This document shows, piece by piece, positions 46,401 to 59,478 of a stretch of DNA of 64,000 nt (positions are counted from its first letter, which is position 1; every line of letters starts with the position of its first letter). The notes under the pieces were generated by a model that was not told the DNA's origin, did no database searches, and was given only the letters and a program-made list of their open reading frames with translations. The DNA lies in assembly GCA_965603825.1 (NCBI GenBank), contig CBFDEM010000039.1, forward strand, positions 558,001-622,000, given 5' to 3'. The translations under genes were made by a program, and so were the position numbers. This DNA comes from Blepharisma stoltei ATCC 30299 (Eukaryota; Protista; Ciliophora).

Positions 46401-49400
46401 CTTTTTCCATACTCAAATGACGAATTCTTTATATTCGCTGTGCTTTGAGTCGTCGCATAAATAAAACTTCCCTGCTCCCCATCCTGCAAATAAAAATCAG
46501 AGTTTATTATGTTAGCCGAGGAAAGAGTTAGCAAAATGCCACCCGTGATCATATTTGCTATATTTTCAGCCATTGAAGAGGAATTTATGGTTATCGCTGA
46601 GTCTAGCAATGCTATAGATCCTTCATTTCCAGCATTATTTAAATGTATTGTAACATTATATAATTCTGATATAGGATTTGAAGCGCCTAATAAATAAATA
46701 GTTGATCCTCTATTTTTGCAGGAATTTTTTTTAAAAATAGAATGGGAAATATAAAAATTTGAATTTTGCTCACTGTAAATTGCACCCCCAGAGTCTAGCG
46801 CGAAGTTTTCCTGAAAAGTGCAAAAATCACATGTTAAATTAGAGGAAGTGCTGATTGCTATAGATCCTCCATGAGAGTATGAATAATTTTCTTTAAAAAC
46901 AGTATTTGTTAGATTTACTGAAGAAAATTCAGAAATTTTGATCCCAGTGGCAAATTTTGATGTGTTGTTATAAAAGATAGATCCATTGTCTTCTAAATAA
47001 TCGTAGTCTAAAGCTATAGTTGATCCTTCATTACTGGAAAATAAGCATGAATTAGTAAAAATATAGGAATAAACATTCGGATTTCCAGAATAAATAGAAG
47101 CTGAGCCTTTATTATGCATAAATTGAGAGTCTTCCACATATAGCGTTCCCGACAATTCAACATAGCTTCCAATTTCAATGTATATTGCTGCTCCAAGCTT
47201 TGCGGAATTATTTATAAAGTAAGATTCTTTAATTTTCAAACTTCCACTTAGGTAAAAAACTGCAAGGGCACCAGAAGTCTTCGAATAATTTTCTTTAAAC
47301 AAGCAAGACTCTATATAAGAGCTTTTATCCACTGCTGTATAAGAGCTAACATACATTCCTGCTCCATATATAGCAGAATTTGAAATGAAGTCTGTATTTT
47401 TTATCTCTAAATACACATTGCTTGAAATCATCCCATTTTCAACATAAATTCCTGCGCCATTAATTGCAGTGTTATTATAAAACAGGCATTTGTCTACATA
47501 AATAAACATATTTGTGCTAATTTGGTTAGAAAAAACTCCTGCACCATACGTAGGAGATGTATTATACTCAAAAGTGTCATTATAAAGCTTTAAAATTTTC
47601 CCACTAAAGTAAATTCCACCTGAATACCCTGAATTTTTTGAAAAAAGTGTGAAATTGACTTCTAATACCTGGGTGCTTCCTGATGAAGCAACTAAGCCAT
47701 ACCCAGGTTGTGCAGTATTTTCGTTATTCAGAAACTTGGAATTATTTATTGTAGTCTGATTTCCTTCATTGAAGCATAAAACTGTGGGAGATTTTGCTGA
47801 AAATCCATAGTTGTAACTAAACGTGACATTATCCAAATTGACAGCATTGGAATTCTCAAAGATCGAGGATGGTTGTGCCATTGAGCAGTAATTTTTGGTA
47901 ATCTCAGAGTTTTTCAGGGTGAAATTCGTCAGATAAGAAAATAAAGACAGTGAGCCGCAGTATAAAGATGTAACGACTAGCTGATTTTTCATATAAATCT
48001 CTGGATCATTTATCCATGAGTTAATTAAAATAGTATTAGCATTGATATCTGAATGAGTGCTTCCTGTATCCCCGTTTGAGTTAATTGTGAGATTATTGAA
48101 AACTAGGTTTACCAGCTTATAGAATTCAATTATCCCGCTGCCTCCATAATAATTGCTATATATATCAGTAGATTCTCAATTAAATCATCTAGGGTTTTGG
48201 TGGGCAATTACCCTGATCCCATTAGAAGTAACTGCTGATATGACGCCGTATAAATATTCTGATTTTACGATAGTGTTGTTTATAAAAAACAAGCTGCCAT
48301 ATTCAACCAAATTATTGTAGACTTCAAGGGCAGCTAGGTTGTAATTTTGCAGCTCACATAGATAATTAGCTGACAGAATCCCAAAATTAATCCCTATATT
48401 GTTATAAAATTTTGATTCTGAAATGGTTACATGGTCGATTGTATAATCAATAATTTCATTGAATATATTCACTTCTTGACTCAATGCCAAATTACTGGCA
48501 CTTATAAAAATCAATCCATCCTCTGCATAATTGTAAGAAAATTCACAATTTCCAATAAAAAGAGTTCGGAAAGCTTCTAAGTAAAGCAAACTTCCAGCAC
48601 CATCAGCTGCAGGATCTGATATAAAATTGTTTTTGAAATTTACATTGGTAATACTTACACTTTTGACTCTCTTGGCTGCCAAGAATCCCATTATTACCAA
48701 GGAACTGTCATACTCAAATCCGTTATTCAGCTTCTCTACATTTCCGATATTATAATAAAAATTGCCGCAATCATAAGTATTTGATCCACAGTCTGCGAAA
48801 ATTATGACGCTAGAGTTTTCAAAAGGCGCAGTCCGAATATTACTAAAATTCACATTTTCGAGCTCAACATCTCCTCCGTAACTGTAAATAAGTGAATTTT
48901 CTTCTAACCTCCAATTCGTAAAATTGACATTTTTCAGCAGTAAATGACTATTTTTAGGAATTTCAAATAAATTTCAGTCGTAATTTTCTTTGCATAATTC
49001 TGAGTCTAAAAACTCTGTTGTTGTTTTGCCTCTATCATCTTCATAACTCCCATCGAAAATCTGCGTAACATGAGGACAATAAGAGCACAAATTGCTTGGT
49101 AAGCCACATTTCGTACTTTCTGTTTTTCACTGAAAAGAGTCAAAATTTACATTGCTAATTGACATGTAAAGAGTATTTTTCAGTGTTATTGTTATTATAT
49201 TTTTGTTCAGATAAGGCTTCAAAGTTACAATTGAACCATCAGTTGTCGTGATTGTAAGATTTTGACGAATAATTTGCATATTATATGGTTTTAAGCTGCC
49301 TTGCGTACCTATTTGAATAGGAGAAATTTCATTTACCTCAGTTAAATAATGGATCCCTGGGGTAAGATAAAGAATTGAGTATTTCGCGATTATTGATACT

Positions 49401-50815
49401 AATGCAAATGATAAGGATTTAAATGGCTTTGCCATGCTTCCATCACCTCCGGAGGTCTCAGATACATTCCAGTTCACATAATAAATCGCCGGGTTTTCCA
49501 AGCTTGAGGTTTCTGCCTTTAAAATGCAAATTCAAGTCTCATTCAAAAAATGCAAAGGCTTGAACCCTGATGGGCATTCATCTAAACAGTACCCATAGAG
49601 CTGATAATTATTCAATATTGACGAATCACACTCGTAGCAATCCCCCATCTCATTGCCATAACACTTCAAGCACTTCGGGTCAGCGCATTTAGTTTGGTTC
49701 TGAGGAGAACAACTGCACGAAGAAAACCCACAATACTCATTATTGCAGTTTGGGTCACAAAAATTCGGATTAAACAAATTTTTCGTCTGGCATTTAGTTT
49801 CGGTTTTGCATTGCTTTAGGCTTGGGGCTTGTGAAAAATTTAAACTCATGAACTGTAAGCGCATATAAAATAATGATAAATTTGTGTTCTTGCATCTTTG
49901 GTTTGGAGTTGAGCCGATTTGGTCTCATAAACAGTCAACAACCATGCAACCTTCAGAGCAGTGCCCATAATTATTAATATTGCAGGTAGATGTACACTGG
50001 CAGTCTCCTCCATCTCAATTGCAATTAGCATTATTGCATTGAGGCTGGCATGTTCCATCTCCAATATACCCACTTTTGCATCCATTTGAGCACTCACAAG
50101 CATAATTATCATAATTGCACTCAGAAACATTACAAAGCGCATCACAATCATTATTATTAAGTAAATCTGAGCTACATCCTGGGCTGCAGTCACAGTCAGT
50201 CAAATCTCATCCGCATTCTTCATTATAGCATTCCTTATCACATACAGTATTATTTAGCATATAAGTATGGCACCCAGGAGCACATGTAAAATTTTCGCAG
50301 TCTCCAAAATCATAGTTACAGTTTGAAACATCACAAGCTGGGTCACATTTTCCATCTCCAAGAATGTTTGCTGTACAATTTTCGCTGCAGTTTTGGCAAA
50401 GACCAAGTCCATAGTAGCAAGAAGCCGTATTACAAGCAGAATAGCAGCTGCTTCCAAGCATTTTGTCATAGCCTAAATAGAATTTACAATTAGAAGAGCA
50501 TATTCCACAATCGCCCAAATCATAGGCACAAGTCCAGCTGTTACACTCTTGATTGCAAAATCCATTACCGAGCTTATTGCTTTGGCACTGATTCCTATAA
50601 ATACAATCAAAATAGCAATCAGAATCAGCAATTTTGCCTGTTTTCGAATCGTAGTTGCAGTAAGGATTCATACAATTTTGGTCGCAGTGGCCATCACCTA
50701 TCTATGTAAAAATTACAAATGAATCTGGGCATAATTTTTTGTTGCAAGTAATCGTCAAAGAGAGGGTAAAGGGAATAATCGAGAAAATTATAAGCAGCAC
50801 GATGCCATATGACAT
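43427..50815 (-). CDS. Giant membrane protein copy 1 (2457 aa): signal peptide, ~7 LNR repeats, Pmp-like beta-helix, Cys-rich stalk, ~9 TM; intron 50702-50716
   Basis: Nine track ORFs share one frame, and the gaps I translated contain only TGA; ATG 50815; GDGxCDxxCNxxxCxYDxGDC repeats; GGAI/FxxN repeats; TAA 43427. Confidence 0.88.
50702..50716 (-). other. 15-nt intron GTAATTTTTACATAG
   Basis: GT..AG, A10, in-frame TAG if retained; removal gives CPDSF|IGDGHCD; same position as in the paralogue. Confidence 0.9.
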
Positions 50816-51028
50816 TTTGCTAAAAAGATATTTAATAAAATTATTTAAAGATCTGGGAGAATTAATATAAGGCATCCGTGGTTTATTTCGTTATTGCTAT
50901 CAGTATACAAATAAAAAGTTATGAAATTTTCAAAAATTTTAAAAAAATGCTTGATAATGCAAAATTACACCCTAGAAATTTATATCAATTTGAAACTCTT
51001 TAGTTAGTTATCTACAGAATCAAATTAA

Positions 51029-54000
51029 TTATTTTGTATCAGATTTTACCATTTTTCCATCCGTTTCTGTTTTGTTGTCAAGTCTAGAAATTTCATCATA
51101 TGTAGATGGGTGCTCTATATGAATCTCCTCACTGTCAACAAATGAAGAAAATAATTTATTTTCTTCTGAACCTTTTTTCACCATGCTCATAAATACTTGC
51201 TTCATATTTAGATTAAAAATTTCGGCGGCATCAAAATTTTCAGATAATGAGTTTGGGCTGTTTTTTACTATAGAAAAGATCTTTTCTCCTCCTTTAATCA
51301 TTACATGCCTTTCAATATTCTCTTCAAATAAAGCATCATCAAAGCCATCCATCACCTTTCTATGGAATCTATTTCTAAAAAAAGGGATTTTTTCACTTAA
51401 GTATTGAATCCCAGCTCCAAACATTTTCAAAACCCAGTAGTAAATAAAATAGGCATTCACCAGGACGATAGCAATAAAAAACACAACTTTTGTAGCTTCA
51501 TTTAAAGCACCAGTTAGATAATAAAGTCCACAATATATTGTAATTGTAGCAACTAAAATTGATCTAATTTCCATTTGGTTTAAAATGCTCCCGTCATAAG
51601 GCTGGTTTTGAGATTGCATAATTAAACAAAAAAGAAGCAATACCATCACAGTCAATGCTTGAATATCTGTAGAAATATTTTGCAGAAAAACAGAGCAGCA
51701 CACTATAAGAATTTTTCGATACAGTATCAAGAATTCCCAATAATATTTCCTAGCCTTATACCCATTAAAAAGGAATCCAAATCTTAGCCTTATACTTAGC
51801 GCGTTTAAATGTCTTCTATTTTTCCATAAAAAGAATAAGGAGACGGTAGGGATTCCAATTCCCCACACTATAATAGAAGGAATAGACACTGCAAAAATAT
51901 AAAACAAGTGATTATCATCCCAGCACCTTATTTCCAAATTATCGACCAGCCAGAATTCCCCAACGTCAATTTCTCTGCAACTAAACGAAGAAAACATCAC
52001 TTTTACCAAATTTGGGTGGATTAAAAACAGCAAAATAACGATAGTAGACACTAAATCATTGGTAAAGGTTAGAAAATTCCCCCTATGCAGCATCATGCAA
52101 ACCCAGAACAAAAGTGACCCGCAGCCAATAGCAATAGGAATGACGCTCATAATAATCAGTTTATTGAAATAGACTTGCTCCATTCCTTCCCCAGTATCTA
52201 AAAAACAGTCAAAAGAAAATACTTCGTCACTTACAGACCCTGCACTGCTTTGGACAGAAAAAAGCTGCAAAACTGTATCTGGCCATTCCAAGTTGAAGGT
52301 GGTAATGAGTATAACGAGCTGCAAATAATTTACGAAAATTTTGATGTAGACTGATTCAATTGATTTCGGCTTATAGGCAGAATTCCGAGAAGTTCGGACC
52401 ATAATAGCCCCCACAATGATCGCTGCAATAACAATGCCGATTACTCTGAAAGCATTAGAAACTGGGTCAGGGCATTTTCCACAAGTATTTGGATTCGTTC
52501 TTGAATATCCTGAATAGCAGGCTTGACACATATTTCCATGGTAGCCTTCCTCGCAACGGCCTGTCAAAGAGAAATGCTCTTTGCTCGATCCTTCACATGC
52601 CGATTTCTTTGGACAGGCCCAAAAAGTGCTTGACATATTAGAAGACCTTCAATATCCTGGCAGAGGGACCATCGTGTAGTTTCCATAGCACTTCGCTTCA
52701 CTTGGGCAATCTATGCAAGCAGTATTCTCGCCATCTAAGCTGTAACTTCCTTTATCACATACTTGGCAGTTATTTCCAACAGTGGCTTCTCCAATAATGC
52801 ATTTTCTTAGCGAAATATTTACCTTCACAGTTGAAATATAAGTAATTTGGCTACTATTTGACTTTGTTGAGTCTATTCCTGTTGAATACACTTCTATGTC
52901 AACATCAGTGCCAGGTATTGCTCAAACGATAAAATCATTAAAAACATACACCCCTTTTGCTGCCGTCACTTTTGTGGTCCCAGAGAAGGTTGTTGTCGAA
53001 GAGTTTGTAACCAAAAGTTCAGCTGAGCTCGAGCTATCTGTGGTAACGATATTATTGTAATAATCCACCAATGCAATCTTTAACGTTTTCGAAGACGTCT
53101 GTCCTGGTGCTAAATTTGATAAGGAAGTCGCTAAAGGGGCACTTTCAAGCCTTCGTTGGTATCCAATCAGTTCTCCATTTTCATCAAGGGCTACTATTTT
53201 TACCGCATAAGAGCCAATATCGTCACCATAAGCCGCAGTATTATTGGCAAACACATTTCCTGACAATACCGGCATGATGTCTTCAAAGTTGAGAGCTCCA
53301 CCATCATAGGTTGCGAAGTTATCAACAAAAGTATTGCTCGAGAAATAAAATTCACAGGTCTTGAAATCTTCACAGAGAGTATTAATAGCACCCCCGTTAC
53401 CATCTACTGGTGTAGTTGCTGTAATCGGGTCATCGGTGATTGCGGAGTTTCCTGAAAATGTGGAAAAAGAAATATTCAGCTTGACGTTATTGCTATAGAT
53501 CGAGCCTCCGATTTCTCCTCTGTTGTTTTGAAACATTGTGTTTGAGATTATATAAGAGTTAGCTATTTCGTTATCATTTGTAGTTCATATGTACAAAGCG
53601 CCTCCCAAGCGTTTTGCTCTATTTTTAATAAACTCAGAATCATAGATTTCCAGCTCGACGCAGCCAGTGCATGATAAGGCGCCTCCACTTGGAGAGTACC
53701 CATTATAAAATTGGCTTCCTTTGATTCAAATGTGCATCATTTTTTCTCCACTTATGGCGCCCATAGAAAAGGTATCAAAGTAGGAGTTTTCGACATACAA
53801 GTTGCTTTCGTAGCCTACTATGACTCCTCCCAAGTCATTACTGCTTGAATTAATGAATTTGCTGTCTGTGATGTTTAATGAACTTCCCGAGTATGATAAA
53901 ATTGAACCCCCTCCTCCAGAATAGGCAAAATTCCCACTGAAGGTGCAGCTGCTTATTATAACTTCACTGGCTGTAGAAAACACTGCACCTCCTGAGTTGC

Positions 54001-57000
54001 TACTTTTGCCATTGTTAAAGAAGCAGCCTTGGATAATCGCTGTACTTTGTGTGGTCGCATATAAAAAGCTGCCTTGAACACTTTGTTGCGAATAAAACGT
54101 GCTTTTAGTGATTGTGGCAGTTGAAAGAGTAAGTAAAACTCCTCCTGTGACCATTTTCGCTGAGTTTTCATGCACTTTGGATGAAGTGATGTTTATTGCG
54201 GAGTCAAGCAGTGCTACAGAACCTTCATTATAGGCATAATTTGAAGCAATCGTTACATTATGCAGCTGAGATACAGGACTTGGAGATCCTAACAAATAAA
54301 CCGCTGAGCCTTTATTGGTAGATATGTTTTCTTCGAAGACTGAATGGGATACATTGAAAACAGAATCCTGCTCGTTGTAAATTGCTCCTCCAGAGTCATC
54401 TGCAAAGTTTTTTTGAAAGCTGCAATAATTGCAGGTCAAGTTAGAGTTTCCAGCAACGCTTATTGCCCCTCCATGTGACGATGAATTATTTTCTTCGAAT
54501 ATTGTGGCTGTGAGACTGGCTGATGCGTTATCGTCCATTCTGAGTCCTCCGCCTACCATTCCTGAATTGTTTTTGATGATGGACCCATTATCAACCCATG
54601 AGTCGTAGTCCAAAAATACAGCAGATCCTACATTATTTAGAAAAGAGCACGATTTTGTTACCACAAAAGAAAAAATGTCAGCATTTGAAGCATATAAAAC
54701 GGCACCCCCACTGTTATAAAGAAACTCAGTGTTTTCTATATAAAATGTCCCTGAGTATTGCAGATCAGGACCGATTTCTAAATAAATCGCTGATCCAAGC
54801 CTAGCTGTGTTTTTATAAAAAACAGAGTTTGAGATGCTCAATGTGCCACTTGAATATAGAGCTGCAATGGCCCCTGATATTTTCGCTGTGTTTTCTTTAA
54901 ATGTACAATTGTAGAGGAAAGAGCCTGCAGCTATTGCAATGGAATCCTCCAAGTATATTACAGAACCGTATTCTCCATAATTCGACTCAAAAGTTGTGTT
55001 CTTTATTGCCAAGTATATTGTATTTGTGGAGATTCCTTCATTTTCCATATAGACTGCTCCACCATTTATTGAAGAACTTTTGTAAAATGTGCAAGAGTCT
55101 GCATATACGGACAGTGTCCCAGAGCTTAATTGGCTAATATACAAGCCTGCCCCATGGGTAGGAGAGCCATTATATTCAAATGTGTCATTATAGAGCTTAA
55201 CAATACTTCCAACAAAATAAATCCCTCCTTCTGAAGCATAATTTTTATAAAAAAGCGTCGAATTGACTTCTAAGACCTGGGAACTACCTTTGGCATAAAT
55301 AAGTCCATACCCAGTATCAGCGTAATTTGTGTTATTCAGAAACTTTGAGCTTGTTATGCCAGTTTGATTCCCATTATTAATGTACAGCACTGTAGAGAGG
55401 CTCGCTGACCACCCATAGTTCGAGTTAAACGTTGTATTAGTAAAATTGACTACATTGGAGCTGTCAAAGTTTATGACAGGATTAGATTCAGAGCAGTAAT
55501 TGTTTGTGATTTCAGAGTCTTTAATAGTGATATTTGTGACTATGGAGAAAGCAGACATATATTCGCAGGTCAGCTGGTTGGTTTTGATCTCATCTTTCAT
55601 ATACATGTCTGGGTTATTAATCCAAGAGTTGAATACAATGGTGTTAACGTTTATGCCTGTGTTTAACCTTTCTGTATCTCCATTTGAGTCTATTGTGACC
55701 CCACTTATAAAAATATTGAAAATTTTGGTCAAATAAAAAATTCCATTGCTTCCTGAATAGTTGTTTTTGATTGTGCCTGAATATCAGTTGAACCAGCGAG
55801 GGTTTTGATGGGCTGTGATCCTATAACCATTATCTGTAGTCACTGTTCCTGTTGTTCCATATATATATTCGTTTTTTACTACTGTGTTGTTTAATACAAA
55901 AAAACTGCCTGACTCGACTACGTTATTTTGTATATCAAGAGAATCTATATGATAATTTTGTAGTTCAGGGACATAATAGGCTGCAATAATTCCAATGTTT
56001 ATCCCATAATTATTGTAAAACTTCGATGACTTTATTGTGACATGATCTATTGTATAGTCGATAATTTCATTATTATCTACAGTCTGCTCCAAAGCCAAAT
56101 TACTCGCAAGTATAAATATAATACCGTTCTGGACATAATTGTACGAAAACTCACATTTTTCAATATACAGCGTCCTAAAGATTTCTAAATAAAGTACACT
56201 TCCTGCATCATCAGCTTCAGGATCTGATATAAAATTATTTTTGAAATTTACATTTGCAATACTAACACTTTTGGCCTTAAGAACTCTCAAAAACCCCATT
56301 AATATCAGAGAGCTGTCATACTCAAATCCATTATTTAATTTCTCTACATTTCCTTTATTATACTGAAAATTCCCACATTCATAAGTAGCTGATCCACAAT
56401 CAGCAAAAATAATGACACTAGAGTTTTCAAACGGAGCAGTTCTTATATTGCTAAAATCAACGCTCTCTAGGTCAAGATTTCCACCATTGCTGGAAATCAA
56501 CGAGTTTTCTTCTAATCTCCAATTCGTGAAATTTACATTTTTCAGCAATAAGCTGCAATTTCCAGGAATTTCAAATAAATTCCAGCCATGGTTTTCTGCG
56601 CATTCATCAGCATCCAGAAACTCAGTTATGGCTTCCCCTCTATCATTTTGATAAGTTCCATCAAAAATCTGTGTAACATAAGGGCAATAAGAACAATATT
56701 CACTGGAAGAGTTGCATTTACTTTTTTCGCTCTCCCAGTAATAGGCATCAAAGTTTATATTGGTAAAAGACATATAGACAGTGTTTTCAAGGGTTATTGT
56801 AATTGTGTCTTTGTTTGGGTAAGGCTTTATTGTTGGGGTTGAGCTATCACTTGAAGTTATTGTCAGATTTTGGCGCACAACTTGATAATTATAAGGCCTT
56901 GAGGCATCTGCAATGGTTACATAAATTTCTGAATTTTTGTCTACCTCGGTCAAATAGTGGTACCCTGGAGTCAGGTACACAATTGAGTATGCTGTACTTA

Positions 57001-58417
57001 TAGAAGCCAATGCTAGTGATAGTGTTTTTCAAGGCTTCGCTATAGTCCCATCCCCTCCTAAAGAGTCAGTTGTATTTCAGTCCACATAATAAACTGCTGG
57101 GTTATCTGCAGTGGACTTATCTTCTTCAAGCACACAAATTCAAGCCTGCTCTAGAAAATGCAGAGGCTCATACCCTGTGGGGCATTCTTCAACACAATAT
57201 CCAAAGAATTGATAGTTATTTGAGACTGACGAATCGCATTCGTAGCACATGCCAAGGTCGTCTCCATAGCATTTTAAACAGTTTGAGTCTGCACAAACTG
57301 TTTCATTATAAGGAAAACAGTTGTATTGGGACCACCAGCAGCGGTCATTATTGCAGTCGCTGCTGCAGGTTTCAGGAACAGCTAAATCAGCCGCTGTACA
57401 ATTAGTTTTCTTTAAACAGCTTTTTATAGTTGGAACTTCTGTAAAATTGTTGTTCATTAGCTGCAAACGCATGTAAAATATTGATAAATCTGTATTACTG
57501 CATCTTTTGTCTGTGCTTGTGCTTATCTGATCTCATAAGCAGTCTGCAACCATGCAGCCTTCAGAGCAGTTACCGTAACTATTAATGTTGCATGTAGATG
57601 CGCATTGACAATCACCGCCATCTCAATTACAATTTTCGTTATTGCATGCAGACTCACATGTCCCATTTCCTATAAAGCTGTCAAAGCAGCCAGAAGCGCA
57701 GTCACCGCATGCATGGCTATCAAAATCGCACTCAGCAACATTGCAGACCGCATCACACCCTGAGTTATTAAGCTCAGTTAAGGTACAGCCTGGGCTACAA
57801 TCACAATCTGTCCCGTCTCAACCACATTCTTCATTATAGCATTCTTTATCGCAGACAGTGTTATTCAGCATATTAATATAGCAGCCAGAAGCACAAGCAG
57901 AGGTTTGGCAGTCTCCAAAGTCATAATTACAACTTGAAACGTCACAAGCTGAGTCACAATTTCCATCTCCAAGGAGACTTGATGGACAATTCTGGCTGCA
58001 GTCTTGGCAAAGACCAAGTCCATAATAGCAAGAGGCCGTATTGCAAACAGAATAGCAGCTGCTCCCCAGCATTTTGTCATAGCCTAAATAGCATTTACAA
58101 TTAGAAGAGCATTTGCCACAATCGCCTAAGTCATAGGCACAAGTTCAGCTATTGCATTCAGAATTACAAGTTCCATCACCTAGCTTTGATAATTGACACT
58201 GAGTTCTGTAAATACAATCAGAATAACAATCAGAATCAGCGATTTTTCCTGTTTTTGAGTCATAATTGCAGTAAGGATTCATACAATTTTGGTCGCAGTG
58301 ACCATCGCCAATCTATATAGGGCTCACAAATGAATCTGGGCATAGATTTTTATTGCAAGTAATAGTCAATGAAAAAGAAACTGGGATATGTGAGAAAATG
58401 ATAAGAAACATAATCAT
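51029..58417 (-). CDS. Giant membrane protein copy 2 (2457 aa), same architecture; intron 58313-58327
   Basis: All track fragments are in one frame and colinear with copy 1; ATG 58417. Confidence 0.87.
58313..58327 (-). other. 15-nt intron GTGAGCCCTATATAG
   Basis: GT..AG, A10, in-frame TAG; position conserved with copy 1 while the internal sequence differs. Confidence 0.9.
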
Positions 58418-59478
58418 TTTGTATTTATAAATATTATGGTCTTTTAGGCTGACAATCAAATAATACTAATTGATTAATAAGATTCTTAGTGCTTTTTCTC
58501 TTTTATTTAAAATATAAAAGGCTTGCTCTTATTTTACTGTTAAGGGAAAAAGGGAGAACACAATTTTAATTAATAATTGTAAAGAGGAATAATTTACGTT
58601 AATCACAATTTAGCCTTTTTAAGTCTAAATTCTTAAATTTCATAAGTCCGTAAATTTGCTCTCAAATTTTTATTAAATCTATTTTATTTCTCAAATAAGC
58701 CCATTGAAAAATTAAAAATCAGTAATTATATCAGCGAAAGCACAAATGGTTCAATAAAAGCATTTCTATTTTATAAATTTTTATAGTGCTTTTTTTGCAG
58801 CTTAAGTCCTTTCTAATGTGTATTTGTAACAGAAATAAAGAAAGAAATCATTATTCAATTCCGCTTGCGTCTTTTCTCAAGCATTAATTTCTAACTTATT
58901 ATAAAAAAAACGCATAAACTAAAAAAATTATAAGCGTATAGAAATAAATAACATCCTGGTATTAATTAAATTGCATCAAGGATAAGAGTAAAAACTAAAA
59001 CTAAATCATATTAATTTAGTAAAGTATACAGAGTAGAGTTAAAAGATCTTACTAAAATTTTCATCTATTAGAATTCAATTTAATCCTAAATATTTTTATA
59101 AAATTTTAGCCCCTGGTCCTATTTTTTATTGTCGTCATTCATAAAATGCTAAAGATGTTAAGAAAACAGTATGCCATTTTTCAATAAGTCATGCCATATA
59201 AGTTCTTTTGTAATATTCTTATAAAGTCGCAAAGAATTGGCTCTACAAGTAAGCAATAGGGACTAACCTAAGATTACATTTTGTTTTGGATCCAACTTAA
59301 CCCAACAAGATTATTGGTCGTCAGATATTACTGAATGATTAAATTTTGGCTTAGCTAATTGCCATGATTTCAATGCTCACGCAAATATTAATTATTGGCT
59401 AATTATTTGTAACGTTCGGCATATTTCAATTCGAAGCCTGGACTGAAATGCAACGGATATTAATAAAATTTTCAAATA

